Shown here: positions 49,555 through 59,253 of the stretch, piece by piece | Position numbering within the stretch: position 1 is the first letter of the stretch | Layout of the letters: each line of letters begins with the position of its first letter | Virus record (IMG/VR): IMGVR_UViG_3300046542_000227 | Span: 1 to 64,000 of that record | DNA length: 64,000 nt | Direction: 5' to 3' (one strand) | The notes under the pieces: generated by a model | Told to the model about the DNA's origin: nothing | Databases searched by the model: none | What the model saw: only the letters and a program-made list of their open reading frames with translations | Made by a program: the position numbers and the translations under genes

Positions 49555-49954
49555 ACGTGACGCTATCGACATCGGTGAAAGCGCCTCCCTCGATATCCAG
49601 AATGTTCTGGGCTATTATGCCCCGTCGAATCGTACCACCGAAAGTGGTTTGATTTTCAAGACGTACTTTGGTCTGCGCCAGTACTACATCAGCGGTGGCT
49701 TTGATAACCGCCTGTTGACGTTGGAAGACCCGAAGATCATTCTGGAAACAAGCCGTGAGCGGAAGTGGACACACGTTGGTGATTTACGCATGCGCCTGAT
49801 GGCCGCACTGCTACACAACGTCCGGTTGAACCACTCGGTAGTGTCGCACATCAAACCTGAAGACCACTTGGAATGGCTACGGCGTTCGCCTAAGCTGACC
49901 AAGCAGGAACAGGCTTGGCTTGAGATAGTACGTTCAGTGATCGGTTGTCAATAA
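49544..49954 (+). CDS. Hypothetical protein (start MSNKR)
   Basis: Overlaps the previous stop; 136 aa. Confidence 0.5.
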   Translation: MSNKRDAIDIGESASLDIQNVLGYYAPSNRTTESGLIFKTYFGLRQYYISGGFDNRLLTLEDPKIILETSRERKWTHVGDLRMRLMAALLHNVRLNHSVVSHIKPEDHLEWLRRSPKLTKQEQAWLEIVRSVIGCQ

Positions 49955-49957
49955 CTA

Positions 49958-49990
49958 ACAGCCCTCTCCTTCGGGGGAGGGCTTTATGAC
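49958..49990 (+). terminator. Intrinsic terminator, TTTATG family
   Basis: GCCCTCTCC-TTCG-GGGGAGGGC-TTTATGACG. Confidence 0.8.
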
Positions 49991-49999
49991 GGAGTCAGT

Positions 50000-50251
50000 A
50001 TGAAGATACGTCCACATCGTCGGCTGTTGGATGAAGCAATGGCTGAAGTAAAAGAGATCGAAGCTACCATGGAAGCGGTGCGACGTTGGGCAGATGAATC
50101 GTTTGGTGTGATGCAACCACCCGATCTCTCAGGGATAGAAGTAAAGCACTACACCTACGATGCGCGCATCAAGTGGGATACGTACATTGTCACACTGCCT
50201 GGTTGGGGTGTGCTTGGCTTTACTGATGGTCCTGTAGAACCCTCCCCGTAA
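50000..50251 (+). CDS. Small hypothetical protein of a widespread phage family
   Basis: RPHR..L.EAM...YD.RI.WDTYIVT..G.GV.GFTDGP pattern; GGAG RBS. Confidence 0.6.
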   Translation: MKIRPHRRLLDEAMAEVKEIEATMEAVRRWADESFGVMQPPDLSGIEVKHYTYDARIKWDTYIVTLPGWGVLGFTDGPVEPSP

Positions 50252-50253
50252 TG

Positions 50254-50290
50254 GGGAGGTTCGCCATCCTATGAACTCCCTTTTTCTTTT
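50254..50290 (+). terminator. Intrinsic terminator, with TATG in its loop region
   Basis: GGGAGGTTC...GAACTCCC-TTTTTCTTTT. Confidence 0.6.
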
Positions 50291-50308
50291 GTCTAAAACG
50301 AGGCCTCT

Positions 50309-51367
50309 ATGGTTAGTATTGCCCGTCCGGTGTTCGAAACCGGACCCAAGGATAATGTGGCGATGGTGGATGCGTATAATGCAGCCACGCCTGAAGTCCG
50401 TAACGACCTGACCAGTAAACTGTCTTCTTTCGGTAACAGCTTGACTGAGACCTTCGGGGCGGCTGGTCGTGCTTTCGGCAAGATCGGTAGTGGTATTACC
50501 AACGGCGACATTAATGTCGATGACGCTGCCAGACGCATTAAGAGCGCGCTGGGAGGCTCTCGGGGTGATATTGCTAACCTTGCCACTTCTGTACAGAACG
50601 GCATCTTCAGCGAGCTCACAGGCACTGTACCGGGCACTAACTACGTCAAGGGGGCGACTGACCTCTACGATAGCGTGCAAGTTATCAGCGGTAATGCCAA
50701 TTACATCATCAACTCAGACCAGAAGTCAGCACAATCGATCCTCGGGTTTGTATCGAGTATCACCGGCAACAGCATCTTCAAGACACTCGATCTCGGTGCT
50801 GAGGCCGCATTGATTGGTGGCTTGGTTGGCACGGTGTCCAGTTGGGGTGTGCCGGCACTGGTAGATGAGATGATGGCTGGTCGTGATGATCAGTTCAAAT
50901 ACTCCGTCTACAGTCGTAATTCTGACAGTATCCTGACGTCCAACCCAACTCCTGCCATGATGGACTATTACGTCACTCAAGGCATTGCTGCTGCCCTGAC
51001 GGCACAACGTCCTGACTTCGGGGCGAACTACCTGCAACAGTACACCTTCCCGCTCAACACCACACCGGACCAGTATGCAACCCTGCATGCACAGTTGGTG
51101 AAGATCATGGATGCGCTGGTACCGAACTGGTTACAGACCCCTCGTGGTAGCACTACGTCGGTGGTGGGCGACACTACAGTCGTTACTCCACGTATGGTCA
51201 CCAACCTGTCGGTAATCGAACGGGCGAGTGCTGACGCTAAGGTGCTGCTGCTGTCTCAGCCTTCTACTCAAGCTGCGGCTCTGTGTGCACCAAACTTCCC
51301 CAAGGTTGATCTGATTCAACTGTCGAAGAAGCTCTACCCTTTAATCGGTATCGTTACCAACCAGTGA
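50309..51367 (+). CDS. Virion structural protein (phiKZ gp174-like position)
   Basis: GAGG RBS; precedes the protease in family synteny. Confidence 0.5.
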   Translation: MVSIARPVFETGPKDNVAMVDAYNAATPEVRNDLTSKLSSFGNSLTETFGAAGRAFGKIGSGITNGDINVDDAARRIKSALGGSRGDIANLATSVQNGIFSELTGTVPGTNYVKGATDLYDSVQVISGNANYIINSDQKSAQSILGFVSSITGNSIFKTLDLGAEAALIGGLVGTVSSWGVPALVDEMMAGRDDQFKYSVYSRNSDSILTSNPTPAMMDYYVTQGIAAALTAQRPDFGANYLQQYTFPLNTTPDQYATLHAQLVKIMDALVPNWLQTPRGSTTSVVGDTTVVTPRMVTNLSVIERASADAKVLLLSQPSTQAAALCAPNFPKVDLIQLSKKLYPLIGIVTNQ

Positions 51368-51408
51368 CGGCATAAAACCCCTCCCCATCGAGGGAGGGGC
51401 TTATGTCG
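51368..51408. terminator. Bidirectional terminator, TTTATGCCG family
   Basis: CGGCATAAAA-CCCCTCCC-CATCGA-GGGAGGGG-CTTATGTCG between convergent genes. Confidence 0.85.
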
Positions 51409-51409
51409 C

Positions 51410-52186
51410 TTACCAGCCCATGTAACCGGGACGGCGTGCTTTGGTTTCACGTTTGACGCGGGACCAACCAAGTTCTTTGATCAGCCCTTCATAGTCAACA
51501 GAGTTGTCTTCGAGGCCGAGGCCACGATTACGAGCCTGCTCACGAGCCAAGCCATGGAGAATCTCTGGGGTCACTTCAAGAGTGTTCTCGAAGTCTTCCA
51601 GCGATGGTGCTTGGTATTTGTTGGCAACGTAGATACCACCTTCACCTACGAAGTCGTGGGTAACGACCTCACGGGTGTACTTGATCTGCGACATCATGTC
51701 ATCGACAGTGATGGAACGGACCGAGAAGTAAGTGGCCATGGCCGGGTTCTTCAGGGACTCTTCGACGAACTTGCCGTAAGGGCCGAATGGACGCACCCAT
51801 GCAATGACCAACGTGATCGGACGACCATGTTCATCTTTGCTCGGAACCAGTTCGTAGTCACGGATGTGGTGACTCCAGCGATCAGGGTTAACCTGACGGA
51901 TGCGGGCCATGTACGCTTGGTCCGACATACCTTGGGAACGCTCTGGGTGTTTCCACTCACCATAGAGCACGCCTTTCTTAACCTGACGCATGAGCTGAGA
52001 GCCTGGCGCAAACATCGCGATGCCAGACTTCTCGTCGTACAGATAGCCGCCGCTGTTGTAAGCGTTGTAAGCACCCACCGGGCACGGGTAGTAACCTTGT
52101 GCGTCGGGTTGCAGGATACCCTGCTTGTTGGTACCGGCGAGCATGGTAGAACCGATGCGCACCGACTGGCGAAGTGGTTGTTGCAT
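51410..52186 (-). CDS. Prohead (head maturation) serine protease, phiKZ gp175-like
   Basis: GEWKHP, SHHI, YFSVRS (catalytic Ser), HDFVGEGGI; C-terminal SLE|DF self-cleavage-type site. Confidence 0.85.
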   Translation of the reverse strand: MQQPLRQSVRIGSTMLAGTNKQGILQPDAQGYYPCPVGAYNAYNSGGYLYDEKSGIAMFAPGSQLMRQVKKGVLYGEWKHPERSQGMSDQAYMARIRQVNPDRWSHHIRDYELVPSKDEHGRPITLVIAWVRPFGPYGKFVEESLKNPAMATYFSVRSITVDDMMSQIKYTREVVTHDFVGEGGIYVANKYQAPSLEDFENTLEVTPEILHGLAREQARNRGLGLEDNSVDYEGLIKELGWSRVKRETKARRPGYMGW

Positions 52187-52193
52187 AGAGACC

Positions 52194-52904
52194 TCAGGTT
52201 CTCAAGAGCTCCTCGATCCCCTCGACGCGATCACTTGGGTTCACCAAGGCCGAGACAATACTGTCAGCGGTGTAAGCACCAATCAGTTTCGATGTGGTGT
52301 CCGAGGTGTTCCAGATCACGTTCCGGAAAGGAATGCTCACAGGCGGGTTGGTCTCGACATCGCTATGCTTGTTGTAGATGTGACGATAGAGGCGAGTCAT
52401 GTCCTTCGGGTCACGACAAGTCGTGGAAGTAATCAGACTCAAGATCGCGCGGTTCCCCAGGAAGATCCCCGCAAACTCTTCCGCCGTTTCGAACATGTTA
52501 GCTTTGTCGAAATAATTGAAGTACCAGGGGATGTTACCCTTGTCCACGTGTTCGCTGTACACGTAGTAAGACAGGGTGTCGTTCTTCACCGGCTCGGTAT
52601 TCGCGATAACGGTGTCACCAGGTTCGAAGTGGAAGTCAAAATACGTTACGCCATTGATTACCACCTTCTCAGTCGAAGATGGCACAATGCGGAACATCGC
52701 AATGGTGCGAACAACACCATAGCGATTGCCCATGAGAATTCCGTAGAAACCGAGAATGAAGATCTCGGTCCCTATACTGGCCAAGTGAACCGAAGCATAA
52801 CGCTCAGGCACGAGGATACGACAAGCAGTATCGGTGAGGATACTGCCGTCGTTTTGCTCATGGAGGTGTTTCTTGATGAAGTCAGGGTCACGGACCATCT
52901 GCAT
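52194..52904 (-). CDS. Conserved core protein, probable virion RNAP beta' C-terminal fragment (phiKZ gp176-like)
   Basis: Position between protease and gp177/gp178-like genes; C-terminal TTSKLIGAY...ERIEELLR-type end; assignment recalled from SPN3US work. Confidence 0.5.
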   Translation of the reverse strand: MQMVRDPDFIKKHLHEQNDGSILTDTACRILVPERYASVHLASIGTEIFILGFYGILMGNRYGVVRTIAMFRIVPSSTEKVVINGVTYFDFHFEPGDTVIANTEPVKNDTLSYYVYSEHVDKGNIPWYFNYFDKANMFETAEEFAGIFLGNRAILSLITSTTCRDPKDMTRLYRHIYNKHSDVETNPPVSIPFRNVIWNTSDTTSKLIGAYTADSIVSALVNPSDRVEGIEELLRT

Positions 52905-52932
52905 CAGAAAGAACCTCTGGTTGGGTTATGAG

Positions 52933-54714
52933 TTACGGCTGAGCTTCGTTCGGCAACTCTTCTTCTTCCGGTGCGGCGCCAGGCAGTGGCAACTCACCTT
53001 CAGGCTGAGTAGGTTCGAAGCCGGCGTCTTGGCCATCATCTGGCAGTTCGCTTGCATCATCACCTTGTTCACCAGCAGCTGGCTCGAAGTCAGTACCGGT
53101 TACGCCGTCGCCTTCAGTGCCTTCAGCTTGCGCGTCAGCCACTTCGTTAACCACAGGCTCTGCTGCTACGTCGCCGAGGTCGGCAGCGATTTCAGCATTG
53201 GCGGTATCGATCTTGACGTTGGCTTCACCTTCGTCTTCCAGTGCCACAGCGTTCGGGTCCACTTCAGGAGTGTAAGGAACGGTGATCAACTGGTCGGCCA
53301 GGTAAGTAGCTACCAGCTCGATGGTCGCTTCGATAGCGAGTTCACGACCCGAAGCCCCTGGGTGTACTTTGGCGTAGCGATCCATGGAACGCATGAAGCC
53401 GAAGTACAGGCGCTGTTGTGGGTAGTAGATACGGCAAACCAGACCAGCGAACAGCAGATAAGGCTTTTCGTATTCCTCGTCATCGATCGCACGCAGCTCT
53501 TGGTCGAGCAGTTCGTTGACGACGCCGGTATCAACCTGAGGCAGGCCTTCTACCGCTGGGGTGGCATTGTTCAGGAACACCGCTACCACGTCACGACGAC
53601 GATTGCGCAGGCCATTGTCCAGGCAGGATTGACGCAGTACTGGGTAGTACTTGGTCCACTGGTCAACCAGCTCAGCAGCTACCGCATTGATCTGCGGTAC
53701 GGTCTTGAGGTTTGGTTGGTTAACAGCTACCGAGAGCAGGGCTTGTACGTCACCGCCAGCTTGCAGCCAGCCGTTGTACACGTCGCCGTTCACCAGAACC
53801 GCTACAGTGCCGGTACGCATGGCTTCTTGACCATCGCAGGCCAATACCAAGCGCTGGCTCTTCGCGTCTTGAGCACGGAACTGATAGGCTTGCAGCAGCT
53901 TGCTACCGATGAGCTCGTGCAGGTTACCCAGCACCAGTTCCCAAGTAGGCAGGTCTACCGACTCAGCCGACACTTCCTGTGGCGCTTCACGCAGAGCACC
54001 GGTCAAGCAGTAAGCGAGCAACAGCTCGTCGATCTGCAGCGGCCAGCTACCCGAAGACATCCAGCTGGCGCCGGAGTAGTCGAACACACGGGAAGTACCG
54101 TAGAGCTTAGCCCATACGGCGAGGATGCGGTCAGCACCCATCTCCAGCAGCCACTCGACTACTTGAGACGATTCCAGGTGTGGGTTGTTCTCAGCGACCA
54201 GCGTTACGATGGCCTCAGCGGACAAACCGTTCAGAATGAAGGAGCGGTATTCGTTTTGCGCAACGACCTGGCTGTACTTGCTGGCCACGTGGTTAACCAG
54301 AGCTGGCTCACTGTGGACGGCGTGGTACTTGAAGGCGTTAACCGATACGTTCGGTTGGAACGAGGTGTTCTGCTTAGCAACGTATTGCTGCACCAGACCG
54401 TCGATGGTAGGTACAATCACGTTACGGGCGGTGAAGACCATGGTCTGCACAGCCTTGCTCAGGGTTTCGACTTGATCGTCGATCGCTTGGGCATCGGCAC
54501 CGACGATGGTTTCGTTAGCATCAGCGAACTGACCTTCCGATTCCATGGCGACACGGACGCTGAACGCGAGCAGGTTAGGACGCACTGGGTTATGCAGGGA
54601 CTGAGCGACTTCAGTAGCTGGGGCAAACGCAGACTTGAAGGCGAGCATGCGCCCGCCCTCAGTCAACGAACGCGCTACCGGAGAGATGCTACGAACGGAA
54701 GCAGCGATGGACAT
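52933..54714 (-). CDS. Head protein with acidic C-terminal tail (phiKZ gp177-like)
   Basis: 593 aa; AME and ALE protease-type sites; synteny. Confidence 0.55.
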   Translation of the reverse strand: MSIAASVRSISPVARSLTEGGRMLAFKSAFAPATEVAQSLHNPVRPNLLAFSVRVAMESEGQFADANETIVGADAQAIDDQVETLSKAVQTMVFTARNVIVPTIDGLVQQYVAKQNTSFQPNVSVNAFKYHAVHSEPALVNHVASKYSQVVAQNEYRSFILNGLSAEAIVTLVAENNPHLESSQVVEWLLEMGADRILAVWAKLYGTSRVFDYSGASWMSSGSWPLQIDELLLAYCLTGALREAPQEVSAESVDLPTWELVLGNLHELIGSKLLQAYQFRAQDAKSQRLVLACDGQEAMRTGTVAVLVNGDVYNGWLQAGGDVQALLSVAVNQPNLKTVPQINAVAAELVDQWTKYYPVLRQSCLDNGLRNRRRDVVAVFLNNATPAVEGLPQVDTGVVNELLDQELRAIDDEEYEKPYLLFAGLVCRIYYPQQRLYFGFMRSMDRYAKVHPGASGRELAIEATIELVATYLADQLITVPYTPEVDPNAVALEDEGEANVKIDTANAEIAADLGDVAAEPVVNEVADAQAEGTEGDGVTGTDFEPAAGEQGDDASELPDDGQDAGFEPTQPEGELPLPGAAPEEEELPNEAQP

Positions 54715-54725
54715 TTAGGAACTCC

Positions 54726-54929
54726 TTAAACGCCGAGTTTTTTGGCCAGACGGGCGGTGAGTGCTTCGCGGATGTCACCATCCCCAAAGACCTGACCATT
54801 CAGGGTTGCAGAAACTTCCTCGGTACCCAGGCAGTTCCGGATTACTTCAGTGCCCAACTGTACCGCAGCGGCGAGCGCTTGGGTGTTCACCGCATGGGCG
54901 ACGTTAGGGCTTACGTTTTGCTCTTGCAT
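54726..54929 (-). CDS. 67-aa hypothetical protein overlapping the RNAP beta stop
   Basis: GAGG RBS 8 nt before MQEQN at 54929. Confidence 0.5.
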   Translation of the reverse strand: MQEQNVSPNVAHAVNTQALAAAVQLGTEVIRNCLGTEEVSATLNGQVFGDGDIREALTARLAKKLGV

Positions 54930-57900
54930 CAGCAGTTCCTCTGTAAACGGCAGCAACGTGTTTGGACAACCACGTCAGACACATGTTAGTCGTGGCAATC
55001 AGTTTAGGCGAAAGCACCATCCGTTCTTCTACGGAGGTGTTGGAGAACTTAAGATCCAGTGGCTCACCCGACTCCAGATAGTTCTCACCACCGAACACGC
55101 CGGAGATGATGGTCTTCATCTGGTTAGCAACTACACCTTTGTCACCCAACCCCGCAGCCACATCGTGATCGATGTAAACACGGATAGCGACGTTATCAGG
55201 ATCGATTGGCTCCCCTTTAATGCGGAAGCTGAAATCTACCTCACCTGTGAAGGCAGGTTCACCCATGGCAGCGGCGTAATCTTTACGCTCTTTATCACCC
55301 TGCTTCGCTAGGCGTTGCAGAGAGTCCGACATGTCCTCGAAGTCTCCGTGATAGAAGATCTCGATTTTCGATACCGTACCAACCACACGAGCACGTGGAG
55401 ACTTAGCCTCCACACGACGCAGGGTATCCAGCGCGGCATTGTCGAAGAGCGGGTTATTCGCCAACTCAGGGTCTTCGATCGTACATAGAATTGTCTCCAA
55501 GTCTACGTGATCACCTACTTTGACCAGGTCGTTGATGTTTTGGCCGAACTCCGCAATGATGTTACGGATCTCGGTGGACTGAGTATTGAACTTGGTAGTG
55601 ATAGCTTCAGAAACTTCACAACCGTCTTCCAGCGTGGTGATCTTCTCCATGAAAGCTACGGTGCAAAGCACGCCCGCTTTCCAAGATACCTGATCCGTGT
55701 TGTAGCGATCGGGCTTGAAGAACTTGCTGTTGTAAGACAAGGTGGCGCCTTCCTTGAAGGATTGGCCAACCTTAAGGTCAGTAGTCAGGGTGTGCGGGTA
55801 AGTGTGACCAGCAGCGATGCCGTGACGCAAACCGAGTGGGAAGATTTCAATCGTCCCGTCTGCATACTTCACTTGGATCGAGTGCTTGGTGATGGCTTCT
55901 ACCACACCGTCTTGGTCAGCCGACGATGCGAAGATCGACGTGGTGCATTGTCCGAGGACTTGCTCTTGACCAGTACGCAGTGGTGTAACGTCGTAGCCGT
56001 CAGCGAAGATACCTTGCTGATGCTGCACACTCACAAAGCCGATACGCTTCATGTCATCGTGTTCAACACACGGCGAGAGCAGTGCAGTGGAGGACAGTCG
56101 TTTAGCCGGACCGTCTTCTGGTGCCAATACCTTGGTGGTACCACGCAGATCCACGATGTTGGCGTCAGCTGTGAGGTAAGCCATTACGCCTACTTCGCCG
56201 GAGTCCACTGTAGCCTCGGACACCGTACCTTCATCGTCAGGATGGAACACACGGGTACGTTCAACCATCGATACGCTAGAGCGACCACCGTCACCACGAT
56301 AGGTGAAGCCTTCTTGCTCACGGGTGTTAGCCAGAGGGTTGGACTCTTCAACGATACCGTTGGATGGATCTTGTACCAGCTTCTGCCATACCGCGTACGG
56401 GTTCATCTCCACACCGATCTCGCCCGCAGACGCTCGGTTGTTGAAAGACTTCACCGCCTTGGACAGCTCACCGTAGATCACACCAGCGAAACGTTCATAG
56501 CCACGGTAGCGCATGAACTTAGGATCGGTCTCTTTCGGACAGAAGTCCGTCATCAACAGTTCCACCGCTCGTACCAGCAGTTTGCTGAATTCAATCGGCT
56601 CACCCATCTGAAGCAACAGGCCTTCAGTAATAGGATCAACCCACGCTGTCTTCAGCGCATCCAGTTCACGCAAGTAACGCACACCCAAGCCAGCTTCTTC
56701 GAGCAGGCGATAGTAGACGTCCTTCTTGTCGAAGTCCCACACCGAGAATTTCTTCAGGGTACGGTGATAACGGTTGAGACCATTCAGGATCAGTGTGGCA
56801 CGGTTGTCCTGTTTGGAAACCACGATCACTTCGTCTTGGAACACCAGACGGTAAGTGTCAGGGTCGTGCGTCAGGGTTTCACCACGAGGGTGACGGCTGT
56901 GTTCTACGCCCAGCTCTTTGAGCAAGGCAGACAAACCAAAGTAGTAGGCTAGTGTCAACCCTACCGGCAGGATCTTGTTCTGCACGGTCATCTCGGCTAC
57001 TTCATCAGGAGCCTTAGCCATGTCCAGACCAATCAGATCAGGCAGGTTGCCGATGGCTTCTTGGCCTTCGGGCAGGTTGAGGTAGAAGACGTTGTTGGTA
57101 TCGACGCAGACAGCATGTCCACCGTGAACGCCCGCAATCACTTGACCGCCAACTTCTTCCTTGGCGACATCGATGCTCAGCGCTTTGAAGTGCTCAACGC
57201 GTTTCTCGTAGTCGAAGAAGAAGCTGTACTCACCGGATGTGAACTCGGTGATCTCTTTAGATAGCAGGGAGTAGATACGTGGCAAGTGCGCTTCAGGAGC
57301 AAACACATTACCCAAACGCATTTCGGTAACGATAGTCGAAGCGGCGTCCAGCGATGCAGCTTTCAACTGCGCCAGCAACCAGCGCTCGAAATCGTCAGTC
57401 CGACGTTTGGAACGATCCACGAAGATCTTGTTGAAGTAGGAAGTCAGTGCTACCCGGAAGTCATTGACCTTACGGATTGGCAAGTCAGCACGCTGCCACT
57501 TAGTACGGTAGATAACCCCGTTGGACATGAAGCGCCCGTCTTTGTCCACCACCGGGATACGGAAGCGGATGGTCGTTTGACGACCACGGATTGGCTTGAT
57601 AGTCACCGAGTGGATTTCATAGTGGTTCATGGCGTCACGCACCACTTCCACTTTGTAGTCCTTAACGGCCACGCCCTGCTTCTGAATCGCGATCACTGCC
57701 TGCAAGATGTCTTTACGCATCAACTTAGTGACGTAGGCTTTCGTCGTACGTTTAAGCTTAGCATTCAACATCGACTTGTCGAGGATGGTCGACTTGTCAG
57801 GGAAGGTTTTGTTCGGCGGGAGCTGGGTGTCTTCCGGCTCGATCTTCATTGCGTCTTCGATCGTCTTACCCGAGTTAAACGGGTCTGGCAGATCTTTAAA

Positions 57901-59253
57901 GCTCAACGCATCTTCAATCGCACGGTTCATCGAACGTGGGGTGATCACACCCGTACTCGACATCTCGTAAGCCTTCAGCGCAATCGGTGCTACGTTCGGG
58001 TCAGCCAACAGCTGATCGGCAAACGAACCCGGTGCATCATCGCTACCATCGTCAGTGATGTCAGCCATGGTCGAACCCATAGGCTCGTCCAAGTCATCAT
58101 CGTCACCAGCCAACGCATCGAGAATTGCACTACTAGCCAAGGGCGAAGCCACAGGACTGGAAGGCGCATCGAAGGTATCGACATCGAGATCCGAGAACAG
58201 ATCCAAGCCATCGCGTTCTTCAGCGGGTGCAGCACCAGCGAGTTCACTGGCTTCTTCGTCGTCATCCGCTTGGGTATCAGCAGGACCTGTCGAATCAGTC
58301 ACCACCTTTTCTTTAATACTGGTCTTGGCCACCGCAGGGGCTTTGATTTCTTCCAGCATCAAGAATTGACCGTCAGCATCCTCGTTCAGCTCGGTACCTT
58401 CGAGCATGAACTTGTGAACACCCTGTAGGAGCTTCACAAAGCGCACCTGCAGGTCGGTAGGGGTCAGACCCTTGCTACCCTTCACATCGAGGTCTTTACG
58501 CCAGCTATCGAGCACACCGAGGTTCAGCGTGAAGAAGTGCGTACGCAGACGGAACAACAGGTTGATGTAAGGCAGCGATTCGTGCGACAGCTTACTCAGG
58601 TTCGACTTGGCCCGATCATCACCCAACCACAAGAAGATGTCGTGTGCATTTAAGTGCGACACAGTCGGGAAGGTTTCGAGCGTGGTCTGGCTGATGCCGT
58701 TGGTCAGTGCGTCCCACTTGGTCTTGTTCGGTACCGTGTTAGGGATCTCGAACTCGATGTACTGGTTCCACTTAAAGCGCTCATGGCACTTCTCAACATG
58801 GTTCCAGAACGTGGTGGCATTGTTGCTCCAACGATAGAAGGTCGCCTTGTACGATGCAACATACTTCCACAGTGGGTTGAGCATGTTGTAGTTGACCACC
58901 AACATGTTCTTGTTGGCGATCGTCAGGGCTTCATCTTTACGCAGTGGACGGAACACCCGGTTGACCCGACGGAAGTCAGCTTCCAGCGTGTTAGCGTTAA
59001 CCACCGTGCGACGTGGATTACCCAGAGCCGCATCCAGCGTTTTGATGTGTTCGATGAACAGGCGAGCGCCTTCGGTGTTGAACACACGATCCTGCGGGCT
59101 TGGGCCTACGACAGCGCCGTTATCCCGCATGTAGTGATAGATCGTGTCGAGAGGCAAGACCAGCTTGCCCATCGGCGCCATACGGGGCGTCAGCAGCTGT
59201 GTTTGCTGCCGTAGTCCGTAGAGCTGATAGAACTTTGACTGTTTAAAGCGCAT
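54904..59253 (-). CDS. rpoB: Virion RNA polymerase beta subunit (phiKZ gp178-like)
   Basis: RVFHPDDEGTVSEATVDSGEVG (beta R..H.S..G..C..ETPEG..IG region), EDG, GDKGVVANQMKT. Confidence 0.9.
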   Translation of the reverse strand: MRFKQSKFYQLYGLRQQTQLLTPRMAPMGKLVLPLDTIYHYMRDNGAVVGPSPQDRVFNTEGARLFIEHIKTLDAALGNPRRTVVNANTLEADFRRVNRVFRPLRKDEALTIANKNMLVVNYNMLNPLWKYVASYKATFYRWSNNATTFWNHVEKCHERFKWNQYIEFEIPNTVPNKTKWDALTNGISQTTLETFPTVSHLNAHDIFLWLGDDRAKSNLSKLSHESLPYINLLFRLRTHFFTLNLGVLDSWRKDLDVKGSKGLTPTDLQVRFVKLLQGVHKFMLEGTELNEDADGQFLMLEEIKAPAVAKTSIKEKVVTDSTGPADTQADDDEEASELAGAAPAEERDGLDLFSDLDVDTFDAPSSPVASPLASSAILDALAGDDDDLDEPMGSTMADITDDGSDDAPGSFADQLLADPNVAPIALKAYEMSSTGVITPRSMNRAIEDALSFKDLPDPFNSGKTIEDAMKIEPEDTQLPPNKTFPDKSTILDKSMLNAKLKRTTKAYVTKLMRKDILQAVIAIQKQGVAVKDYKVEVVRDAMNHYEIHSVTIKPIRGRQTTIRFRIPVVDKDGRFMSNGVIYRTKWQRADLPIRKVNDFRVALTSYFNKIFVDRSKRRTDDFERWLLAQLKAASLDAASTIVTEMRLGNVFAPEAHLPRIYSLLSKEITEFTSGEYSFFFDYEKRVEHFKALSIDVAKEEVGGQVIAGVHGGHAVCVDTNNVFYLNLPEGQEAIGNLPDLIGLDMAKAPDEVAEMTVQNKILPVGLTLAYYFGLSALLKELGVEHSRHPRGETLTHDPDTYRLVFQDEVIVVSKQDNRATLILNGLNRYHRTLKKFSVWDFDKKDVYYRLLEEAGLGVRYLRELDALKTAWVDPITEGLLLQMGEPIEFSKLLVRAVELLMTDFCPKETDPKFMRYRGYERFAGVIYGELSKAVKSFNNRASAGEIGVEMNPYAVWQKLVQDPSNGIVEESNPLANTREQEGFTYRGDGGRSSVSMVERTRVFHPDDEGTVSEATVDSGEVGVMAYLTADANIVDLRGTTKVLAPEDGPAKRLSSTALLSPCVEHDDMKRIGFVSVQHQQGIFADGYDVTPLRTGQEQVLGQCTTSIFASSADQDGVVEAITKHSIQVKYADGTIEIFPLGLRHGIAAGHTYPHTLTTDLKVGQSFKEGATLSYNSKFFKPDRYNTDQVSWKAGVLCTVAFMEKITTLEDGCEVSEAITTKFNTQSTEIRNIIAEFGQNINDLVKVGDHVDLETILCTIEDPELANNPLFDNAALDTLRRVEAKSPRARVVGTVSKIEIFYHGDFEDMSDSLQRLAKQGDKERKDYAAAMGEPAFTGEVDFSFRIKGEPIDPDNVAIRVYIDHDVAAGLGDKGVVANQMKTIISGVFGGENYLESGEPLDLKFSNTSVEERMVLSPKLIATTNMCLTWLSKHVAAVYRGTADARAKRKP

